Source: an uncultured Deinococcaceae bacterium (GTDB lineage: Bacteria > Deinococcota > Deinococci > Deinococcales > Deinococcaceae). From it: DNA of 18,213 bases. Positions 8,626 to 17,023 of this stretch are shown here, in pieces. The DNA is taken from the NCBI GenBank assembly GCA_964252075.1, contig CAXULY010000070.1:1-18213 (forward strand), written 5' to 3'. Position numbers and translations under genes: made by a program. The notes below the pieces were generated by a model, which made no database searches, was not told the origin of the DNA, and worked only from the letters and a program-made list of their open reading frames with translations. The first letter of the stretch is position 1. Each line of letters opens with the position of its first letter.

Positions 8626-11600
8626 TTGGCCTTCGCTTTCTGGCGCCGGCACTCCGCCTGCGCCTCGTTGCGCAGCTGGTTCAGCAGCTGCTTGATGTTC
8701 GGGCTGGCCGAGCCGGTGATGTCGTTGCCGTCAATCGTGATGGTCTGCGTGAAGTTCGTGATCTGCGTGGCGGGCACCACGCGACCCCCAGCGCCGGGCG
8801 CGGTGGGGTCGATGGTGGGCACGCGGATGTTCGGGCTGACGTTGAGGCGCGCGAGCTGCTGGCGCACGACGTCGCTGAAGCGGTCCGCGAAGGCCTGCCC
8901 GCTGCGCAGGCCCGCGTCCTGGAATTGCCGCGTGATGTCGACAATCACCTGCGGCACGCGCGCGCCGATCTGGTCAATGGTCTTGCCGAGCTGCGCGGCG
9001 GCGCCGTCCACCTCACCGCCGAGCTTGTCGAGGCCGACCAGCGCGGCCGCCCCGGCGGGCCCGGCGAGCGCGAGGCTGGCGGCGATCTTGTCCCGCACCG
9101 GCTTGAGGATCTTGTCGACGCCACTGGCGAGCTGATCGGCTTGCGCGCGCAGCTTCGCGGCCTGGCTGGTGTTGCCCTTGTCCTCCGCCGCCTGCGCCTG
9201 GGCGCGCAGGTACTCCACCTGGGCGTCCGTCGCCTGCTGCACCCCGTCGGCGTACAGCTTATAGGACGCGCTGAGCGCCTGCAGGCCCGCCTGGAGCTTC
9301 GCGGGGTCCGCGTTCGGGTCCTTCGAGATGGAGTCGAGCGCCTCGCGCGCCTGATCGACGTTCCCGAGGGCGTCCTGAAGCACCTTCCCGATGAGGTCGC
9401 GGTTGTTGGTGCCGATGACCTTCCCGATCACTTCCCCGAACTGCTGGTAAGTGCCGAGCAGGTCGTCGGTCGCGCCCTTGAGGTCCGCGGCGCTCGCCTT
9501 GGGGTTCGCGAACAGCCGCGTGAGCAGCTGCTCGCTGCGCGTCACGATCCCTTCGTTCAGGGTGATGGCGTCGTCCAGGATGGACTTCGTGCCGTTCGAC
9601 TTGCCCACCTGCACGGTGAGGTCCGCGAGGAGCGCGCCGATGCCGCTCACCGTGCCGCGCGCCTCGCTGTACTTCGTGCGCAGGTCCTCCAGCGCCTGCC
9701 GCTGCGCCGTGAGGCTGCCCGTGAGCTTCTCGAAGGCCGCCTGCGCCTTCGGCAGTTCGTCCGTCGCGAGGCCCTGACCGCGCCGCAGGCGCGTGAGGTA
9801 CGGCTCCGCGTCCCGGTAGGCGTCGCGGGTGGCCGCCGTCGCTTGCGCGAGCGTGCGCTCGGCGCGCGCCACGCCGGTCACCTCATCGGCGTCCAGCACA
9901 TCTCGCAGGCCGCGCAGGGCATCACGGGCCGCCTGCGTTTCCGTGCGGAGGGTGTCCTGCGCCTGCGCGTACGCTTCCGTGGCGGTCCGCACCTTGTCGA
10001 GCGCCGCCGCCGCGTCACCCCGCAGGTTCTCCACCACGCCGGCGTCCTTGCCTTCGCTCGCCGCCTGATCGGCGAGTGCCTGACGCAGCGCGTACTCCTG
10101 CTGCAGCTGGTCGAGCTGCTGCAGGCGCGCCACCTGTTCGTCCGCGAAGCTGCGCGCGCTCGTCACGGCCCGCTCGGCGGTCCCGAGCGCCAGCTGCCGC
10201 TCCCCGTTGAGGATTTGCAGGTTCAGGTCCCGCTCGGCGCGCAGGCTCGCCTCAATATCCCGCAGGGTCTGCGCGCGGTCCTTGGTGTACCCGCGGATCT
10301 GCTCGTCCGTGAGGCCGAGCGCTTCGGCGTTGTTGAGGATGCCCTGCTGCCGCCCCGCCTGCTCGGCCAGCAGGTCACGCCGCTCGCGCTCGAGGGTGAT
10401 CTGTCCCGCGAGGGTCTGCGCGGCGTTCTTCTGCGCGTCCACCTCTGCGAGGCGGCCCTGCACGATGCTGAGGGCGGTCTCGGCGCGCGTGCGGGCCTCA
10501 TCCTTGATGCTCTTGACGATGGCCGCCTGCAGGTCGGCCCGTTCTTCCTCCTTCGAGCGAATGTCGTCGACACTCAGCTTCAGGCGGTCCGCGCCCGCCA
10601 GCTGCTTCCCGATGGCGTCCGCCTGGCCTTGCAGCGCCTCGCGCCGCTTGGCCTCCAGCGCGAACAGCTCCTCCTGGTTGCCGGTGAGGCTCTGCAGCCG
10701 TTCCAGGTCCTTCACCCGCTGGCTGGCGTCATCCACGGGGCGCTGCGCGGCCGCGCGCGCCTCATCCAGCAGCGACTGGGCGATCTGGGCCTGAATGTCC
10801 TTGCGGTCCGCTTCGAGCTTGCGGACCTCTTCGACGGAGAGCTTCAGCTTGTCGGCCTGCGCGATCTGATTCCCGATGGCGCGCGCCTCGTCACCGAGGG
10901 CCGAGCGCCGCTGCGCCTCCAGGTTCAGCAGCTCACCGGTGTTGCTGGTGAGGCCCTTCAGGCGCTCCAGGTCCTTGACCCGATCGGCGGCGTCCGCGGC
11001 GGGCTGCGCGGCCTGCGCGCGCTGCGCCTCCAGCACCTGCGCTTCGAGCTGGAGCTGCTGCGCGGCGCGGTCGCTGGCCCGGCCTCTGAACTCCTCGTCG
11101 AGCGTCTCCAGACCCGTGTAGTACGCGGTGTAGAGCGCCGCGCGCTCGCCCGCCGTCAGCTTCTCGGCTTGCAGGCCGTCGTGCAGGGTGCGCTGGAGGG
11201 CGGTGATGCGGTTGCCGCGCTCGTTCTCGTCGAGCTGCTTGTTGAGCGCGACGCGGTCGTGCGCGTACTGCTCTTCGAGGCGCGTGAGCTCCGCCAGGTT
11301 GCCGCGCGCGGCCTGCACCTCGCTGGCGTGCGTGTTGTCCAGCTCGGTGCTCTGGGTGTTCAGCTGGGTGGTCTTGCGGGTCGCCTCGGCGTCCACGACT
11401 GCGCGCGCGGTGTCCTGCGCGCGCTTGACGCGCTCGCGGGCGTCTTTCTCCGCGGCGGCCGCCTCATCCTTGCGGAACTGCTCGCGCAGGCCCTTGATCT
11501 TGGTTTCGGTGTTGATGCCGATCTGCGTCTGGATCGCGCTGAAACCCTCGTACTGACGCAGCTGCTTGTCCCCAGCGGACTTCGCGTCGGCAATGTCCAG

Positions 11601-14600
11601 GTTCAGCAGGGCCAGCCGCTTCGCGCGCCCATCGGCCATGGCGTTGACGCGCGCGCGCTGGGCGTCGCGCTCACCCGCTTCGGCCTGGACGCGGTACTCC
11701 TCCTCGGCCTTCTTGCGCAGCGCCTTGATTTCCGCGTCCTGCTGCGCGCCCGCCGCCTCCACCGCGACCTTCAGCTTGATGGGGTCCTTGACCTTTTCCT
11801 TCAGGTCATCCACCAGCGTGGTGTAGGTCTTCTTGATGTCCGCGACCTGCTTCTCGAAGTCGGAGCCCGTCTGAATCTGGAAGGTGGCCTTCCGGTCGGC
11901 AAGCTGCTTGTTGAAGTCCTTGATCGCGGCGGTTTCTTCCTGCACCTTCTGGATCTGCGCTTCGCGCTGCGCGTTCGCCCGCTCGGCCGCCTGAGACGCG
12001 GCGAGCTGCTTGTTGATCTGATCGGCGAGCGCTTGCCCTTCGAGGTCCAGGCCCTGCGCGGCCTGCTTGCTCTTCTCCTCGGTTTCCGTGAGGTTGTCGA
12101 GGAAGTCCTGCGGCACGCCGTAGAAGTTGCGGGCGAAGAAATCCCGGATGCGCGTGCCGATGGTGCGGCTGTCGTTGTCGAGCAGGTGCAGGCCGTTGAT
12201 GGCCTCCCCGATCTTCCAGCCCGCGAAGGCCGCACCGACCGCCGCGGCGACCGTCGCGACGGGCGCGAGGGAGAGGGCCGCTGCGGGCGCCACGCTCGTG
12301 AGGGCCTTGAGGGACCCAGCCACGCCCCCGTACCGCCCGATCAGCGCGGTGAGTCCACCGGCGTTGCTGGCCGCCTGGAACAGCGCCGTGGCGCCCGCCG
12401 CCTCCTTGATCGCCACGGAGAGCTTCAGGAAGGTGCTGGTGGCCGCCGCCGCGCCGCCCACGACCAGGGCGAACTGGACCACGCCGTTGCTGCCCAGTTC
12501 GTCCAGATGCGAGATGACGTCCGTCAGCGCGAGGGTCGTCTTGGTGATGATGGGCAGCAGCTTCAAGCCGAACTGAATCTGCAGGGCGTCAATGGCGACG
12601 CCGAACTGCTTCTGCGCGAACTGCGCGGTGCCGGCCTGTTTCTGGAACGCGTCTTCCGTGGCGCCCGCGGCCCCCGCCAGCCCGTCGAGGCTCGCCTTGA
12701 ACTTCGCGGCGCCGTCCTTGCTGGTGAGGGCGAACACCGCGTTGATGGCCTCGCTGCTGCCGAACAGCGAGCTCATCTGCTCGATGTTGCCGTGCGTCGC
12801 CTTCGTGACGGTGTCCAGGAACTTCGCGAGGCCCATGCTCTTCAGGGCGGTGGCGTCGAAGCTGATGCCCAGCTTCTCCGCGGTTTCCGTGGCCTCGCTG
12901 CTGGGGTTCAGGATGTTCGACAGCGCGGCGTTCAGGCCGGTGGTGGCCTTCTCGGCGGGAATACCCACCGCCGTGAGGGTCGCGACGGCGCCCGCCACTT
13001 CGTCCAGGCCCACCCCGAGCGTCTTCGCCGTGGGGAAGATCTCCGTCATGGACCCAGCGATCTGGTCGAAGGTGATCTTTCCGAGGGCCGTCGTCTTGAA
13101 CAGCACGTCGCTGACGTGCGTGGCGTACTCCGCGCTCAGGCCGTAGGCGTTCAGCGCGGAGGTGATCACGTCCGCCGCTTTGCCCGTTTCGGTGAGGCCC
13201 GCCGCGCCCGCCTTGGCGGCCACCTCGGTGAGCTTGGCGAGCTGCGCGGTGGTCTCAGCGCCCTTGACGCCCGCGCCGACCACGTCGTACGCCGCTTCCG
13301 CGAGTTCCTTCGCGCCGGTCGCGGTCTTCACGCTCACGTCGAGCAGGCGCCCGCCCAGGTCGCCGAGCTGCTGCGCGGTCAGGTCGCTCTCCGTGCCGAT
13401 GTTCGTGATGGCCGCCTGGTACTCCTCCGCTTTCGGGAGGGCCACGGCGATGGCGGAGGTGAACAGCGCCACGCCCGCCGCCGCGACGGTGAGGAACCCG
13501 GCGAGCTTCTCGAAGCCGTTCCCAGCTTCCTCCGCTTCCTCACCGGCCGCCGCGACGTTCTGCGCGGCCTCCGTGGCGCCCTCACTGGCGGCGCGCGTGC
13601 TGGCAGGGAAGGCCTCCAGCTTCGACGCGGCCTTCTCGAACCCAGCGGAGAGCCCCTCGAAGGCAGGCGCGACGTTCAGCTCGACGCCTTCCGCGAGGTC
13701 CTTCGCGCTCGACGCCACCTCGGTGCTGGTCTTCTGGAAGACGGCCGGGATCTTTTCCAGCCCGCCCGACAGGGACTCCAGCAGGCTCTGGAAGGCGTTG
13801 GTGCCCGCTTCGGCGGTGTCGCCGGAGTCCGCCCCTTCCGAGACGGCCTTTGGAATGTTCGCGCCGATGTCGCGGGCGATGGCGGCGACCTTCTCGGCCT
13901 CGGTCTTCATGCCGAGTTCCAGTCCCTCAATGGTCTGGTTGCCGATGGTCACCATCACCTGGGACGGCGAGTGAATGTCCAGCTCGTCCCGGATGGTGCC
14001 CGTGATGGCCTGGGCGTTTTCCTGCGCGGCCTTCTGCACCGCCGCCTTGCGCGCCTTCTGCCCCTGCGCGAGCCCATCCGCGATGTTCTGCCCGAGCGCG
14101 GCCGTGAGCTTCCCGAGCGGCCCGAAGGCCTCCAGCGCCGAGAAGACGCTCTGCTTCAGCTGCTCACCGATGCCGAGCTTCGGGAGGTTGCCTTCGAGCT
14201 TGTCGATGGCCGCCTGCCCGCCCTTCACCGAGCGGACGAGTTTCTCGAAGGTGGCGCTGTCCTCGTCCAGGCTGGGCTTGAGCTTCTCCGCTTCAACGCG
14301 CAGCGCCTGCAGGCGGTCTTTCGTCGCGTCGATCTGCGCCTGACTGGGTTTCCCCTGAATGCCCTGGAATTCCAGCACCGCGACGCGCATCGCGCGCGCC
14401 AGGCGGTCCACCTCGGCGGTCTGCGCGGCGGTGTTGCGGCTGTTGCCCCCGACGCCCGCGACGGCCTTGCCGAGCGCTCGCGCGCTGTCCGCCGTGTCGT
14501 CGAACAGTTTCTTGGACCGCTTGGTGCCGGCGTCATCGACCACCACGCGGGGGTTCACGACCAGGCTCTTGCCGAGCTCGATGAAGTCCTTGATGCTGGC

Positions 14601-14675
14601 CTGCATCTTTTTCAGCTCGGAGAAGAACTGCGAGGCGTCCAGTGTGCCGAGGCTCTTGAGTTCGTTGTCGGGCAT
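8622..14675 (-). CDS. Tail tape measure protein, TP901 family (~2017 aa)
   Basis: ATG at 14675 is 5 nt after GGAGG. The TP901 core reads 'AKELAEAAYDVVGAG..AADVITSALNAYGL..VSDVLFKTTALGKITFDQIA..LGVGLDEV..ATTGLNAALSNILNPS' (~12550-13430). The protein also has an IHSPS motif, hydrophobic segments and long Ala/Gln/Glu/Arg helical regions. Confidence 0.96.
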   Translation of the reverse strand: MPDNELKSLGTLDASQFFSELKKMQASIKDFIELGKSLVVNPRVVVDDAGTKRSKKLFDDTADSARALGKAVAGVGGNSRNTAAQTAEVDRLARAMRVAVLEFQGIQGKPSQAQIDATKDRLQALRVEAEKLKPSLDEDSATFEKLVRSVKGGQAAIDKLEGNLPKLGIGEQLKQSVFSALEAFGPLGKLTAALGQNIADGLAQGQKARKAAVQKAAQENAQAITGTIRDELDIHSPSQVMVTIGNQTIEGLELGMKTEAEKVAAIARDIGANIPKAVSEGADSGDTAEAGTNAFQSLLESLSGGLEKIPAVFQKTSTEVASSAKDLAEGVELNVAPAFEGLSAGFEKAASKLEAFPASTRAASEGATEAAQNVAAAGEEAEEAGNGFEKLAGFLTVAAAGVALFTSAIAVALPKAEEYQAAITNIGTESDLTAQQLGDLGGRLLDVSVKTATGAKELAEAAYDVVGAGVKGAETTAQLAKLTEVAAKAGAAGLTETGKAADVITSALNAYGLSAEYATHVSDVLFKTTALGKITFDQIAGSMTEIFPTAKTLGVGLDEVAGAVATLTAVGIPAEKATTGLNAALSNILNPSSEATETAEKLGISFDATALKSMGLAKFLDTVTKATHGNIEQMSSLFGSSEAINAVFALTSKDGAAKFKASLDGLAGAAGATEDAFQKQAGTAQFAQKQFGVAIDALQIQFGLKLLPIITKTTLALTDVISHLDELGSNGVVQFALVVGGAAAATSTFLKLSVAIKEAAGATALFQAASNAGGLTALIGRYGGVAGSLKALTSVAPAAALSLAPVATVAAAVGAAFAGWKIGEAINGLHLLDNDSRTIGTRIRDFFARNFYGVPQDFLDNLTETEEKSKQAAQGLDLEGQALADQINKQLAASQAAERANAQREAQIQKVQEETAAIKDFNKQLADRKATFQIQTGSDFEKQVADIKKTYTTLVDDLKEKVKDPIKLKVAVEAAGAQQDAEIKALRKKAEEEYRVQAEAGERDAQRARVNAMADGRAKRLALLNLDIADAKSAGDKQLRQYEGFSAIQTQIGINTETKIKGLREQFRKDEAAAAEKDARERVKRAQDTARAVVDAEATRKTTQLNTQSTELDNTHASEVQAARGNLAELTRLEEQYAHDRVALNKQLDENERGNRITALQRTLHDGLQAEKLTAGERAALYTAYYTGLETLDEEFRGRASDRAAQQLQLEAQVLEAQRAQAAQPAADAADRVKDLERLKGLTSNTGELLNLEAQRRSALGDEARAIGNQIAQADKLKLSVEEVRKLEADRKDIQAQIAQSLLDEARAAAQRPVDDASQRVKDLERLQSLTGNQEELFALEAKRREALQGQADAIGKQLAGADRLKLSVDDIRSKEEERADLQAAIVKSIKDEARTRAETALSIVQGRLAEVDAQKNAAQTLAGQITLERERRDLLAEQAGRQQGILNNAEALGLTDEQIRGYTKDRAQTLRDIEASLRAERDLNLQILNGERQLALGTAERAVTSARSFADEQVARLQQLDQLQQEYALRQALADQAASEGKDAGVVENLRGDAAAALDKVRTATEAYAQAQDTLRTETQAARDALRGLRDVLDADEVTGVARAERTLAQATAATRDAYRDAEPYLTRLRRGQGLATDELPKAQAAFEKLTGSLTAQRQALEDLRTKYSEARGTVSGIGALLADLTVQVGKSNGTKSILDDAITLNEGIVTRSEQLLTRLFANPKASAADLKGATDDLLGTYQQFGEVIGKVIGTNNRDLIGKVLQDALGNVDQAREALDSISKDPNADPAKLQAGLQALSASYKLYADGVQQATDAQVEYLRAQAQAAEDKGNTSQAAKLRAQADQLASGVDKILKPVRDKIAASLALAGPAGAAALVGLDKLGGEVDGAAAQLGKTIDQIGARVPQVIVDITRQFQDAGLRSGQAFADRFSDVVRQQLARLNVSPNIRVPTIDPTAPGAGGRVVPATQITNFTQTITIDGNDITGSASPNIKQLLNQLRNEAQAECRRQKAKAK
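10227..11018 (-). repeat. Tandem 264-bp (88-aa) repeats inside the tape measure gene (two clear copies, a third degenerate)
   Basis: RVKDLERL begins at 10982 and 10718, exactly 264 nt apart. The units share 'LEAxRRxAL..AIGxQ..ADxLKLSV....R.D.QA.I..S..DEAR'. Confidence 0.85.
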
Positions 14676-14721
14676 GCTCACCTCCCACGGGTTTTCGGGA
14701 ACGCGCCGCGAGGCGCTGACG

Positions 14722-14727
14722 TAGGGT
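14722..14727 (+). promoter_or_regulatory. Putative -10 element (TAGGGT) for leaderless transcription of the plus-strand gene
   Basis: TAnnnT hexamer 7 nt upstream of ATG 14735, with no convincing SD sequence. This geometry is typical of leaderless mRNAs in Deinococcus-Thermus. Confidence 0.55.
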
Positions 14728-14734
14728 GTGGGAC

Positions 14735-15064
14735 ATGACGCACGCGCCTCCCTCCACCCGATGGACCCCCCGGCAGATCATTTCGGGGGTGCTGTTCCTG
14801 GTCCTGCTCGCGCTCGCCGTGTGGGCGCTGGTGCCCAAGGGCACGGCGCTGGGACGGGCCAGTCAGGGGCAATTGGAGCGCGTGTGCGAGCGCGAGGCGG
14901 GCCTCGTGACGCCCGGCAGCATGCGGACCGCGAGCGCGCAGCAGGCGTCCGGCGGGTGGCTGCTACAGGGCGGCGCTCAGGTGGCCGGGAAGCCCGTGCA
15001 GTGGTCCTGCGCGGTGACCGGCACGACCGTCGAGCGCGCCCGGGCAACCGTCACCGTTCACTGA
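14735..15064 (+). CDS. Small single-pass membrane/exported protein (109 aa), moron-like accessory gene
   Basis: The only plausible plus-strand gene; it fills the gap between the gp10-like gene and the TMP. It has a basic N-terminus, the hydrophobic stretch 'IISGVLFLVLLALAVWALV', and a soluble domain with two Cys. Confidence 0.8.
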   Translation: MTHAPPSTRWTPRQIISGVLFLVLLALAVWALVPKGTALGRASQGQLERVCEREAGLVTPGSMRTASAQQASGGWLLQGGAQVAGKPVQWSCAVTGTTVERARATVTVH

Positions 15065-15546
15065 TTCCACGCGGCGGTCGCCGCCTCCACCCACCGCCGC
15101 TGCATCTCGCGCGCGGCCCAGAACGCGGTCGAGCGGATGAACGGCTGCGGCACGGTGTACTTGCGGCCACTGCGCCCGAGGCGCACGATCTGCGCGTTGC
15201 TCCCGAAGGCCGCGGCGTACGCGTCGATCTGCTGGTCCGTCAGTTCGTTCGGGCCGGTGCCGTACTCAATGAAGCGCGCGTAGGGCGCGTCGCTGCTGAT
15301 CACGAGGCGCGCGAGGTTCACGGTGCTCACCGGCTGGACCTTCACGCTGCGTGCGAGGTCGTACGTGCGCTTATACCGCAGGCCCGGCACCGTCCCGTAC
15401 ACGCCGTTCTGAAGGGCGGCGAGCGCGAGGCCTTCCGCGTCCGCCTGCATGTCGCCCGGCAGGGCGGCGAGCTGCTGGCGCATCCGCTGCTCGAAGCGCT
15501 GGAGGTGCGTGAGGAACGCGCCGTGCGGGTCAATCTCAATGCCCAT
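15058..15546 (-). CDS. HK97 gp10-like neck/tail-completion protein (162 aa)
   Basis: ATG at 15546 (TGATG overlap, GAGGAG RBS). The motifs 'RTYDLARSV', 'YARFIEYGT' and 'PQPFIRS' are characteristic of the HK97 gp10 family. Confidence 0.85.
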   Translation of the reverse strand: MGIEIDPHGAFLTHLQRFEQRMRQQLAALPGDMQADAEGLALAALQNGVYGTVPGLRYKRTYDLARSVKVQPVSTVNLARLVISSDAPYARFIEYGTGPNELTDQQIDAYAAAFGSNAQIVRLGRSGRKYTVPQPFIRSTAFWAAREMQRRWVEAATAAWNQ

Positions 15547-15995
15547 CAGTTCAACTCCTCGATGGCGCGCGCGTCCCGCTCGAACTGCATCTCTTCTTGA
15601 TGCCACGCCAGCCACGCGCGACCCTCTGGCGTGGCGAGCTCCGGCCAGGCCTGCGCGAACAACTGCTGCTGGTGCTCCAGGTACGGCCGTTCGCTCCAGG
15701 CGGGCCCGTCCGGGTCGCCCTGCTCCCAGTTCCCCACCTGCGCGCGCCGCTCGATGTGGTTGCCGTGCACGCGGTCCTCGTTCCGGAAGTACCGGTCCTC
15801 GGCGTCCCGCGCGGCGTGCTCGGTGCGCAGCGCCTGGAGTTCCGCGACGCTGAGGCGCTGCAGGTACGCTTCGCTGTGCCCGCGCCGCACCAGGAAAGCG
15901 CTCACTTCGCGCCACCAGTCGGGGTCCAGTGGTTCAGGTCGGATGGGGATGCCGGGCTCGCTGACTGCATCGCGCGCGCCGCCATCCCCGTCACT
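15546..15995 (-). CDS. Tail assembly chaperone C-terminal extension (gpT-like), expressed as a -1 frameshift fusion of about 253 aa
   Basis: The -1 frame is open from the slippery site to TGA at 15546-15548. 'WWREVSAFLVRRGHSEAYLQRLSVAELQAL' resembles gpGT C-terminal segments. The stop overlaps the next ATG. Confidence 0.8.
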   Translation of the reverse strand, partial: SDGDGGARDAVSEPGIPIRPEPLDPDWWREVSAFLVRRGHSEAYLQRLSVAELQALRTEHAARDAEDRYFRNEDRVHGNHIERRAQVGNWEQGDPDGPAWSERPYLEHQQQLFAQAWPELATPEGRAWLAWHQEEMQFERDARAIEELN

Positions 15996-16306
15996 TTTCC
16001 CACGTACGCCTCGATCTGGTTCACCTCCAGCATGGCGAACATGCACTGCACCTCATCGGTCGGTGTGCGCACGTGCGAGGCGTCCTCCGGTTCGTCCAGG
16101 CTGGCGCGCAGCAGGCGCAGCGTGAGGGTGCTCAGATGCTCGGCCTGCTGATCGGTGATGGTTTCGTGCCCCACCGTGGCGCGCAGCGCGAGGCCCACCC
16201 AGTTCATCCATTCCGCCCGGCGCGGCGTCTCCCGCAGGGCGCCCCAGGGCCGCACGGTGATCACCAGCCCGTTGTCGAGCGTGACGTGCCGAACGTAGTG
16301 CTCCAT
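15902..16306 (-). CDS. Tail assembly chaperone (gpG-like, 134 aa)
   Basis: ATG at 16306 after AGGAG. It directly follows the major tail gene and contains in-frame G GGA AAA at codons 103-104. Confidence 0.85.
   Translation of the reverse strand: MEHYVRHVTLDNGLVITVRPWGALRETPRRAEWMNWVGLALRATVGHETITDQQAEHLSTLTLRLLRASLDEPEDASHVRTPTDEVQCMFAMLEVNQIEAYVGKVTGMAARAMQSASPASPSDLNHWTPTGGAK
15995..16001 (-). promoter_or_regulatory. Programmed -1 ribosomal frameshift slippery heptamer GGGAAAA
   Basis: X XXY YYZ in the correct phase (GTG GGA AAA GTG). Both frames decode Gly-Lys, as in the lambda G-T type frameshift. Confidence 0.88.
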
Positions 16307-16326
16307 TGCGTTTCTCCTGTTGTGAG

Positions 16327-16355
16327 GAGGCGGGGCGCAGCGTGCGCCCCGCCTC
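16327..16355 (-). terminator. Perfect 13-bp stem-loop after the major tail gene (weak terminator or mRNA stabiliser)
   Basis: GAGGCGGGGCGCA-CGC-TGCGCCCCGCCTC, 15 nt after the stop. No U-tract follows. Confidence 0.6.
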
Positions 16356-16370
16356 GGTCCTGCAAATGGG

Positions 16371-17021
16371 TCAGACGGCGACGGTGCCGAGCGTGGTGAG
16401 CGCCTCCATGATGGAGTTGAACGCCGCCGTGTCGCCCTGCGGGTACTCGTACGTGAGGGTGAAGCGCGCCTGCCGGCCCGCGAAGTCGCCGAGCGCAACG
16501 GGCGGCGTGAAGTCCACGAAGTTCTGCAGCGCCGTGTACTTGAGGGTTTCGGCGCCGTTGTCGTCGCCGGTACCGTCCCCCTTGAGGAACACCTTGCGCA
16601 GGAACTTCACCTTGTTCTTCGCGCCCGCCTTGGTCGTCTGGATGTGGAGGATCAGGGCGCCGTTGATGCCGGTGTCGAGCGTCTCGATGTACGCGTCGAT
16701 GGTGGTGTCGTCCGCCGTCGCGTCCGTCTGAACGGGCGCGGCTCCGTAGAAGAGGCGCTTCAGGTCCGGGTCTTCGGACAGGCTGCTCTCGAACGCGATG
16801 CTGCGCGACAGGGAGGTCGTGTCGGTCAGCAGGGTCTCGTCGATGCCGACCTCGTTCAGGGTGTAGTCCTGCGTGCCGCGGTTGGTGTTGTCCGCGAAGT
16901 TCTTGACGCCGGGCGCGCGGACCCAGGCGGTCGTGCCGAACGGCAGGAACAGCGCCGAGATGCCGCGCCGGACGATGTTCTTCCCGTCCTTGGCGCCGGG
17001 GTTTTTGATTGAGTAAGCCAT
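16371..17021 (-). CDS. Major tail (tube) protein (216 aa)
   Basis: Strong GGAGG RBS and strongly biased codons. It lies between a terminator-like gene and the frameshifted chaperone, and is followed by a hairpin. Size is typical. Confidence 0.82.
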   Translation of the reverse strand: MAYSIKNPGAKDGKNIVRRGISALFLPFGTTAWVRAPGVKNFADNTNRGTQDYTLNEVGIDETLLTDTTSLSRSIAFESSLSEDPDLKRLFYGAAPVQTDATADDTTIDAYIETLDTGINGALILHIQTTKAGAKNKVKFLRKVFLKGDGTGDDNGAETLKYTALQNFVDFTPPVALGDFAGRQARFTLTYEYPQGDTAAFNSIMEALTTLGTVAV

Positions 17022-17023
17022 GC

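Noticed and set aside
8925..14738. 1937-aa plus-strand ORF
   Set aside because: Antisense shadow of the tape measure gene, expected in high-GC DNA; no protein motifs.
15547..15915. N-terminal extension of the 285-aa ORF 15058-15915 (similarly the extensions of 17024-17716, 15902-16498 and 261-800)
   Set aside because: The extensions overlap upstream real genes. Internal ATGs with an RBS or stop-start overlap are better starts.
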